Of a stretch of 64,000 nt of DNA, positions 10,135 to 17,043 are shown piece by piece (position 1 is the first letter of the stretch; each line of letters starts with the position of its first letter). The notes beneath the pieces are model-generated. The model did no database searches and was not told the origin of the DNA. It saw only the letters and a list, made by a program, of their open reading frames with translations. The translations under genes and the position numbers were made by a program. Source of the DNA: an uncultured delta proteobacterium (GTDB taxonomy: Bacteria > Myxococcota_A > Polyangia > Polyangiales > JADJMO01); NCBI GenBank assembly GCA_903923175.1, contig CAIXWQ010001121.1, positions 3,684 through 67,683 of the forward strand. The letters run 5' to 3'.

Positions 10135-11478
10135 ATGAAAGAGTTCAAGAACGTGCGGCTCGGCGCGACGTGCGCGCTGCTGCTGGGTCTCGGTGCGTCG
10201 ACGGTGGCCTGCGCGGACGACGAGGTGTTGCCGTCGACGGGCGGCGCGGACGCCGCGGACGCTGCGGATGGCGCGGATGGCGCAGAGGGCGCGAGCGACA
10301 CCGCGGCCGAGGCGGCGACGGACGCCGGCTCGGACACCTCGACCGGCGACGCGGACGCGACGGTGCAGGACGCCGCCGACGCGGCCAACCCGGCGGAGAC
10401 GGGCGACGCGAGCGACGCCGCCAAGACCGACGGAGGGACGGCTGCCGACTGCCTGCCGACGACCGAGTTCGCGGCGCTCCTCCAGCTTCAGGACGCGTCC
10501 AAGTGCGTGGTCGGGCAGTACAGCGTCACGGGCACGGGGCTCAATGGCCTCACGTGGGGACGCCACGGCGGCCCGCTCGGGCTGGACGGCTCCTCGGCCG
10601 CGTCGCCGACCATCGTCCGCTACCAGGTCCCCGCCACGGCCACCGGCACGCTGACGCTCGCCAAGCAGGCGGTGAGCGTCCCCTCGCTGCCGACGGCGAC
10701 GTACTGGGGGAGCCAGGCCGTCGATCTGCCGTTCTTCGGCTGGACGGCGATCGCGTACACCGGCTCCGGCACCGGCTTCCCGGGCGAGCTCGTGCTCGTC
10801 GACGCGAGCGCGAACCTCACGCGCTACGACGTGAACGGCCTGTTCTCGATGAACGCCGTGGGGCTGTCGGGGGGGCGCCTGCTCTACACCGGGCTCTCGA
10901 CGATCGGCACGACGACCAGCACGAGCAACGTCGGCGCGCTCTACGCCGCCGATGCGTGCGGCTCGGCCTCGGTCTCTCCGCGCCTGCTGCCTGGCGCCGA
11001 CGCGACGTGCAAGGCGCCGCAGCAGCTCGGCACGTGGAAATCGGGGAGCTCCGGGCCCGTCACCAAGGACCCGAACGAGAACGTCTTCGCCGCGCTGATC
11101 ACCTACGGGGCGGACCAGGAGATCCGCGGCTTCGAGCGGTCGACGATCGCGCACAACGCGTCGCCGGCGGCGGGGAGCACGATCGCCACCGTCGCGGGCG
11201 GCGGGACGGAGCTCGCCGCCGACGGCACCACCCTGTTCTTCCAGCCGACGGACAACTCGTACGTCGCGCAGGACGTCGTCGCGTTCGACTACACCGTCGA
11301 CGTCGCGGCGAAGAAGATCAACGCCGCCGCCCAGCGGAGCTTCCTCAAGCTCGCGACCGCGGGCACGGCCGTGTCGCTCGTCGCGGACGGGCAGGGGCGG
11401 CTGTGGGTCGCGGTGGCGAAGCCGGGCGCCGGGGCCACGGAGAGCTGGGTCTTCGTGCTTCGAAACAAGACCCCCTGA
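10135..11478 (+). CDS. Uncharacterised lipoprotein downstream of the B12 riboswitch
   Basis: GGAGG lies 4 nt before ATG 10135. Signal peptide with lipobox (LGLGASTVAC). An Asp/Ala-rich linker is followed by about 330 aa of beta-rich sequence with no motif I recognise. Confidence 0.8.
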   Translation: MKEFKNVRLGATCALLLGLGASTVACADDEVLPSTGGADAADAADGADGAEGASDTAAEAATDAGSDTSTGDADATVQDAADAANPAETGDASDAAKTDGGTAADCLPTTEFAALLQLQDASKCVVGQYSVTGTGLNGLTWGRHGGPLGLDGSSAASPTIVRYQVPATATGTLTLAKQAVSVPSLPTATYWGSQAVDLPFFGWTAIAYTGSGTGFPGELVLVDASANLTRYDVNGLFSMNAVGLSGGRLLYTGLSTIGTTTSTSNVGALYAADACGSASVSPRLLPGADATCKAPQQLGTWKSGSSGPVTKDPNENVFAALITYGADQEIRGFERSTIAHNASPAAGSTIATVAGGGTELAADGTTLFFQPTDNSYVAQDVVAFDYTVDVAAKKINAAAQRSFLKLATAGTAVSLVADGQGRLWVAVAKPGAGATESWVFVLRNKTP

Positions 11479-11522
11479 CGAAGCGCGCGCGGGGGGCGCT
11501 GCCGCGGTATGAGGGCGGCTCG

Positions 11523-12440
11523 ATGCGGATCGCCCTCTGCGGTCTCGGCCCCTGGGGCCGCACCTTCGCGCGCACTCTGGACGAGCTCGGCGTCCTCGCG
11601 TGCGGCGTGGATCCGAGCGCGGAGGCTCGGGCGGCGGCGCGCGTGGCGCTCCCGGGGCTCGCGCTCTCCGGCTCCTTCGCGCGCGCGCTCGCCGCCGACG
11701 TCGACGCGGTGGTGATCACGACCCCGGCCGTGACCCACGCGCGGCTCACGCTCGCCGCGCTCGCCGCCGAGAAGCACGTCCTCTGCGAGAAGCCGCTCGC
11801 GATGTCGCTCGTCGACGCGCGCGAGGTGCGCGCCGGCGCGCGCGCGGTCGGTCGGATCGTCCTCGTCGGGCACGTGCTCGAGTACGCGCCGGCGACCGCC
11901 GCGCTGCGCGATCGGATCGCGCGCGGGGCGATCGGCGCGATCGTGGCGATCGACGCGGAGCGTCGGCAGGCTCCCCGGTGCGGACGCGCGTCGGGGCCGC
12001 TCTGGGAGCTCGCGGTGCACGACGTCGGGCTGGTGACGCGCACGGTCCGGGCGCCGATCGAGCGCGTCGTCGCGCGCGCGCACGGCCCCGCCGAAGTCGA
12101 GATCTCGCTCGATTTCGCGGGCGGAATCCGCGCCGAGTTGCGCGCGGGGACCGCTGCGTCCACGCCGCGACGCAAGACCGTGGTGCGCGGCGAGCGCGGC
12201 TGGCTCGAGCTCGACGAGCTCGACCACGCGCTGATCGAGCGCGACTGCGACGGCGTGAGCGTCGCGGTCCCCTACGCGGCGACGCAGCCTCTGCGCCTCG
12301 AGTGCGAGGCGTTCCTCACGGCGATTCGCGCGGGCACGCCGCCTCCGAGCGATGTCGACATGGGCGTCGATGTGGTACGCGTGCTCGATGCGGCGGCTTC
12401 CTCGATCGCCCTCGGCGGTGCGCCCATGCGTCTCTGCTGA
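11523..12440 (+). CDS. Gfo/Idh/MocA-family oxidoreductase (WbpB-like sugar 3-dehydrogenase candidate)
   Basis: N-terminal Rossmann MRIALCGLGPWG. The EKPLA motif (HVLCEKPLAMS) is typical of the Gfo/Idh/MocA family. It precedes an acetyltransferase and an aminotransferase. Confidence 0.82.
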   Translation: MRIALCGLGPWGRTFARTLDELGVLACGVDPSAEARAAARVALPGLALSGSFARALAADVDAVVITTPAVTHARLTLAALAAEKHVLCEKPLAMSLVDAREVRAGARAVGRIVLVGHVLEYAPATAALRDRIARGAIGAIVAIDAERRQAPRCGRASGPLWELAVHDVGLVTRTVRAPIERVVARAHGPAEVEISLDFAGGIRAELRAGTAASTPRRKTVVRGERGWLELDELDHALIERDCDGVSVAVPYAATQPLRLECEAFLTAIRAGTPPPSDVDMGVDVVRVLDAAASSIALGGAPMRLC

Positions 12441-12452
12441 GCCGAGGCGCCG

Positions 12453-13046
12453 GTGAGCACGCCTGCGCGGATCGACGCGACCGCGGTCGTCGAGCGTGGC
12501 GCCACGCTGGGCGACGGGACGCTCGTCTGGCGCTTCGCGCACGTCATGGCCGGCGCCCGGATCGGCCGCGATTGCACCCTCGGCCAAGGGGTGTTCGTCG
12601 CCGGCAGCGTCGTCGTCGGCGACCGCTGCAAGGTCCAGAACCACGTCTCGCTCTACGACGGCGTCGTGCTGGAGGACGAGGTCTTCCTCGGCCCTTCGTG
12701 CGTCTTCACCAACGTGAAACACCCGCGCGCCGCCATCTCGCGTCGCCACGCGTTCGAGCCCACGCTCGTGCGCCGCGGCGCGACGATCGGCGCCAACGCG
12801 ACGCTCGTCTGCGGCGTCACCGTCGGTCGTCACGCGATGGTCGGCGCCGGCGCGGTCGTCACGCGCGACGTCCCCGACCACGCGCTCTACGTCGGCGTCC
12901 CCGCGCGACAGGTCGGCTGGGTCGGCGTCCGCGGCGTCCCGCTCGTCGCAGACGCCGAGGGCGGCGGCGAGGCGTGGAGGTGCCCCGAGGGGGGCGAGCG
13001 CTACCGCGTGGTGGCCGGCGCCCTCGAGGAGCTCGGTGATGGCTGA
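12453..13046 (+). CDS. Left-handed beta-helix (hexapeptide) N-acetyltransferase, WbpD/WlbB-like
   Basis: GTG start. Hexapeptide repeats run throughout (…IGRDCTLGQGVFVAGSVVVGDRCKVQNHVSLYDGVVLEDEVFLGPSCVFTN…). It overlaps the next gene by 11 nt. Confidence 0.85.
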   Translation: MSTPARIDATAVVERGATLGDGTLVWRFAHVMAGARIGRDCTLGQGVFVAGSVVVGDRCKVQNHVSLYDGVVLEDEVFLGPSCVFTNVKHPRAAISRRHAFEPTLVRRGATIGANATLVCGVTVGRHAMVGAGAVVTRDVPDHALYVGVPARQVGWVGVRGVPLVADAEGGGEAWRCPEGGERYRVVAGALEELGDG

Positions 13047-14112
13047 CCGCGTCCCCTTCGTCGACCTGCGCCCCGACGCCTCGCTCGCGGCGGAGCTCGA
13101 GGCCGCCGCCGCGCGGGTCGTGCGCTCCGGCCGCTACGTGCTCGGTCCCGAGGTAGAGGCCTTCGAACGAGAGATCGGCGGCTTCGTAGGCGCGCGCCAC
13201 GCGATCGGCGTCTCCTCGGGCACCGACGCGCTGATCGTCTCCCTCCTCGCGCTCGGCGTCGGCCCCGGCGACGAGGTCGTCGTCCCGGCGTTCGGGTTCG
13301 TGGCGACGCCCGAAGCCGTGGTGCGCGTCGGCGCGCGGCCGGTCTTCGTCGACGTCGACCCCGCGAGCTACCACCTCGACGTCGCCCGAGCCGCGGCCGC
13401 GCTGACTTCTCGGACCAAGGCCATCCTCGTCGTGCACCTCTTCGGACGCTGCGTGGAGCTCGCTGCGCTCTCGCGCCTCGCGGCGTCGCATCGCGTGGCG
13501 CTCGTCGAGGACGCGGCGCAGGCGATCGGCGCACGCCTCCACGGCACGCAGGCGGGCGCGCTCGCGGACGTCGGCGCGTTCTCGTTCTTCCCGACCAAGA
13601 CGCTCGGCGGGCTCGGAGACGGCGGCCTCGTGACGACGAACGACGACGGCATCGCGCAGGCCGCGCGGTCGCTGCGCGTCCACGGCTCGACCCAGCGAGA
13701 CGAATTCGGTCGCATCGGAGGCAACTTCCGGCTCGACGAGCTCCAGGCTGCGCTGCTCCGCGTGAAGCTCCGCCGGCTCCCCGAGACTCTCGCGGAGCGT
13801 CGCTCGATCGCGAGGGGCTACGCCGTCGCGCTCGCCGCGGCGCCGCTCGATCTCCCTCGCCTCTCCGACGACGACACGTACAACCCGTACGTCGTGCGCG
13901 TCCGAGGCGATCGCGACGCCCTGCGCGCACGGCTCGCGGCGGCGGGGATCGAGACCGCGATCTACTACCCGAGGAGCCTCACGCAGCAGCCCGCGTTCGC
14001 GCCGTGGCGCGTGCCGACGCCCGAGGCCGACCGCGCGGCGCGTGAGGTGCTCGCGCTCCCTCTGCGCGCCGATGCGCCGGCGCGCATCGCGGCCGTGCTC
14101 GGGCGCGGCTGA
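13036..14112 (+). CDS. DegT/DnrJ/EryC1/StrS-family PLP aminotransferase (WbpE-like)
   Basis: VPFVDL…, SGTDALIVSLLALGVGPGDEVVVPAF, FSFFPTKTLGGLGDGG (the PLP-lysine region) and NFRLDELQAA are all typical of sugar aminotransferases. Confidence 0.9.
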   Translation: MMADRVPFVDLRPDASLAAELEAAAARVVRSGRYVLGPEVEAFEREIGGFVGARHAIGVSSGTDALIVSLLALGVGPGDEVVVPAFGFVATPEAVVRVGARPVFVDVDPASYHLDVARAAAALTSRTKAILVVHLFGRCVELAALSRLAASHRVALVEDAAQAIGARLHGTQAGALADVGAFSFFPTKTLGGLGDGGLVTTNDDGIAQAARSLRVHGSTQRDEFGRIGGNFRLDELQAALLRVKLRRLPETLAERRSIARGYAVALAAAPLDLPRLSDDDTYNPYVVRVRGDRDALRARLAAAGIETAIYYPRSLTQQPAFAPWRVPTPEADRAAREVLALPLRADAPARIAAVLGRG

Positions 14113-15258
14113 TCAGGCCAACGTCGCCGGCTCGGCCGGCAGCGCCGCCCGCTCGTGCCTCGACGAGTGCGAGTTCGCCGGCGCTTCGTCGACCATCGTG
14201 CCGTCGTCGCGGAACCGCGCGAGCTCCGCGTTCGCGCGGCGCAGGTACTCCTGCTTCACGTGGAACGGCAGGAACGAGCTCTTGAAGCCCGCCATGATGA
14301 TCTGCTTGATGTCCCGCAGCTCGAGCCCCATCTCGGTGTGGCAGAGCCAGATCTCCTTCGAGACCGTGGTGTCGGTGATCAGCCGGTTGTCGGTGTTCAC
14401 CGTCACGCGCAGGCCGAGGTCCGAGTAGAACTTGAGCGGGTGCGAGCGCAGATCGCGCACGGCGCCGGTCTGCACGTTCGACGACGGGCAGCACTCGAGC
14501 GGGATCCGGTGATCGTTCACGTAGTGCAGCAGATCGCCGTTCTCGCGGAGCCGGCAGCCGTGGCCGATGCGGTGCGCGCCGCAGACGTGGATGGCCTGGG
14601 CGATCGACTCGGGGCCGTACGCCTCGCCGGCGTGGATGGTCGTGTTGATGTTGTTGTCGCGCACCAGCTGGAACGCCGCCTTGTGGTGCTTCGCCGGGTG
14701 GCCGTCCTCGCCGCCGGCGAGGTCGAAGCCGACGACGCCGCGGTTCTTGTAGGCGACCGCGAGCTCCGCCATCTCGAGCGACGACTCGGCCGAGATGTTG
14801 CGGATCCCGCACACGATGATGTTCGACTCGATGCCGTGGTCCTTCTCGGCGGCGCGCAGCCCCTCGAGGACGGCCTCGATCACGCTCGTCAGCTTCAGCC
14901 CGAGCTGCGTGTGGAGCATCGGCGCGTAGCGGACCTCCATGTAGCGGACGTTCTCGGCGGCCGCGTCCTCGGCCAGCTCGTACGCGATGCGCGTGAGCGA
15001 GGCCTCGGTCTGCATGACCTTGAGCGTGACGTCGAAGGCCTTGAGGTACTCGACCAGCGAGCCGCAATTCTCGCCGAGGTGCATGAACTTGCGCAGGCCG
15101 TCGGCCGAGTCGGCAGGGAGCTGGACGCGCTCCCTGTCGGCGAGCTCCAGGATCGTCTCGAGGCGGAGCGAGCCGTCGAGGTGAACGTGCAGATCGGTCT
15201 TCGGGAGCTTCTCGATGAAGCTCAGGGGCAGGCGGGATGCCGTTCCTTGGGTTGACAT
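14113..15258 (-). CDS. add: Adenosine deaminase
   Basis: LPKTDLHVHLDGSLR, a metal-binding HxH near the N-terminus, …TIHAGE…, …RIGHG… and …TVNTDN… are canonical adenosine deaminase motifs. Start is set at ATG 15258. Its stop is directly adjacent to the stop of the convergent aminotransferase. Confidence 0.9.
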   Translation of the reverse strand: MSTQGTASRLPLSFIEKLPKTDLHVHLDGSLRLETILELADRERVQLPADSADGLRKFMHLGENCGSLVEYLKAFDVTLKVMQTEASLTRIAYELAEDAAAENVRYMEVRYAPMLHTQLGLKLTSVIEAVLEGLRAAEKDHGIESNIIVCGIRNISAESSLEMAELAVAYKNRGVVGFDLAGGEDGHPAKHHKAAFQLVRDNNINTTIHAGEAYGPESIAQAIHVCGAHRIGHGCRLRENGDLLHYVNDHRIPLECCPSSNVQTGAVRDLRSHPLKFYSDLGLRVTVNTDNRLITDTTVSKEIWLCHTEMGLELRDIKQIIMAGFKSSFLPFHVKQEYLRRANAELARFRDDGTMVDEAPANSHSSRHERAALPAEPATLA

Positions 15259-15386
15259 GGGAGAGCTGTAGTGCAGGCAAGGGGCGTCGTCACGCGCGGG
15301 CGCTTGATGCGCAGCGTCGAGCGGTGACCGGTCGAGTCGGAAGTTGCCCAACGCCCCTCGAACGTGATGCCCTGCAGGGGCACCTC

Positions 15387-16955
15387 ATGCTCCGCGTGCT
15401 CCCCTCCAGCCCCCGGTCCGCTCCGCGCTTCGTCGCCGTTTCCCTCTGCGCGCTCGGCCTCGCGGCCGCTGGATGGGGCGGGTGCGGGTTCGAGTCGTCG
15501 GGGACGGGCCTCGAACCGCTCGACGCCGGCGACGCGTCCTTCGACGCCGACGCAGCGGCGGACGTCCCGATCGACACGACGCCGCCTACGGATGGGCCGA
15601 GCTGCGACGACGGACTCAAGAACGGCGACGAGACCGACTTCGACTGCGGTGGCTCGCGCTGCGCGCCGTGCGGGGCCGGCCTGCACTGCGGGACGAGCCT
15701 CGACTGTGCGACGAGCCTCTGCGTGGGCGGCGTCTGCGTCGCTCCGGGGTGCACCAACGGCACGAAGGACGGCTCGGAGACCGACGTGGACTGCGGCGGA
15801 AGCTGCGGCAAGTGCGTCGACGGGAAGACCTGCGCCGCCGCGGGCGACTGCGCCAACGGCTTCTGCAACCCGACCACGCTCAAGTGCGCGACGCCGACCT
15901 GCTCGGACGGCTTCAAGGACGGCAGCGAGATCGACGTCGACTGCGGCGGCAGCTGCGGCAAGTGCGGCGACGGGAAGACGTGCGCCGCGGCGGTCGACTG
16001 CACCAACGGCTTCTGCAACCCGACCACGCTCAAGTGCGCGACGCCGACCTGCTCGGACGGCTTCAAGGACGGCAGCGAGATCGACGTCGACTGCGGCGGG
16101 ACCTGTGGCAAGTGCGGCGACGGCAAGACGTGCACGGCGGCCGCCGACTGCGTGAATGGCTTCTGCAATCCGACGACGCTCAAGTGCGCGACGCCTTCGT
16201 GCGCGGACGGCTTCAAGAACGGCCTCGAGACGGACGTCGACTGCGGCGGCGCAGGGGCCTGCGCCCGCTGCGCGCCGAAGAAGAGCTGCGCGGCGAACGC
16301 CGACTGCGCGACGTCGTGGTGCGCGACGGGCGCTTGTCAGCTCGCGACCTCGTGCAGCGCGCTGCTCGCCGCGGTGCCCGGCCTGCCGAGCGGCGCCTAC
16401 CAACTCGATCCGGACGGCGCCGGCCCGAACGCGCCCTTCAGCGCCTACTGCGACATGACCACGGACGGCGGCGGCTGGACGTTCTTCGCCCACGTGAACC
16501 AGGACTACGTCGGCTCGAACCTCTTCGAGAAGAACGTCGGGACGTACCGGGTCGACCGGGTCGACGACAACACCACGTACGGGCGCGCCGAGTGGATCCT
16601 GCCGTACGTCGGGCATACGCACATGCTCGTCACGCTGGACGGCGTCGATCCCGCGGCCGCCGCCGCGGCCAAGAAGGTCGTCGTGTTCGAGTACACCGCG
16701 GGCGTCCCGGCGTTCAACCGAGGTCCCGTGCCGTGCCTCGGGCTCGCGTCGGGGTACTCGTTCAGGACGGCGCTGACGGGCGCTTTCACGAGCGGTGGCG
16801 CAGGCACTTGCGATGCGACCCGGTGGTACGCGCAAACGGGCGGCGGCGGCTATCTGCTCTCGTTTGGCGGCGGAAACGCGTACGGCGTCTCCTGGGAGGC
16901 CGGCCTCGGCGGCGACGGGACATGGAACCACGATGGGTATTTCTGGGTTCGCTGA
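15387..16955 (+). CDS. Secreted/lipoprotein with five 50-aa six-Cys repeats and a C-terminal fibrinogen-related (FReD-like) domain
   Basis: Signal peptide (MLRVLPSS…LGLAAAGWGGC). Repeats of the form CxDGxKDGSExDVDCGGSCGKCxDGKTCxxxxDCxNGFCNPTTLKCATPT. Then CSALL…PSGAYQLDPDG…PFSAYCDMTTDGGGWTFF, which matches the hallmark YCDM-x-T-x-GGGWT of fibrinogen C-terminal domains. Confidence 0.85.
   Translation: MLRVLPSSPRSAPRFVAVSLCALGLAAAGWGGCGFESSGTGLEPLDAGDASFDADAAADVPIDTTPPTDGPSCDDGLKNGDETDFDCGGSRCAPCGAGLHCGTSLDCATSLCVGGVCVAPGCTNGTKDGSETDVDCGGSCGKCVDGKTCAAAGDCANGFCNPTTLKCATPTCSDGFKDGSEIDVDCGGSCGKCGDGKTCAAAVDCTNGFCNPTTLKCATPTCSDGFKDGSEIDVDCGGTCGKCGDGKTCTAAADCVNGFCNPTTLKCATPSCADGFKNGLETDVDCGGAGACARCAPKKSCAANADCATSWCATGACQLATSCSALLAAVPGLPSGAYQLDPDGAGPNAPFSAYCDMTTDGGGWTFFAHVNQDYVGSNLFEKNVGTYRVDRVDDNTTYGRAEWILPYVGHTHMLVTLDGVDPAAAAAAKKVVVFEYTAGVPAFNRGPVPCLGLASGYSFRTALTGAFTSGGAGTCDATRWYAQTGGGGYLLSFGGGNAYGVSWEAGLGGDGTWNHDGYFWVR
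15750..16199 (+). repeat. Three tandem 150-bp in-frame coding repeats, the last two nearly identical at DNA level
   Basis: The Cys codon that opens each unit is at 15750, 15900 and 16050, and a more diverged unit opens at 16200. Units 15900-16049 and 16050-16199 differ at only a handful of mostly synonymous or conservative positions. More diverged units flank the array at about 15603 and 16200. Confidence 0.9.
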
Positions 16956-17043
16956 GCCCGATGGACGGCCGGCCGCGACGTCGACTCGGCCTGCGCATGG
17001 TGCTTGACCCCTAGCGCCCCTCCGCCCACCCTTCGCCCCCACC

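Noticed and set aside
15600-16350. Regular 150-bp DNA periodicity that could be mistaken for a CRISPR-like or satellite array
   Set aside because: The units are contiguous with no unique spacers, are in frame, and encode a six-Cys protein module inside a well-supported CDS.
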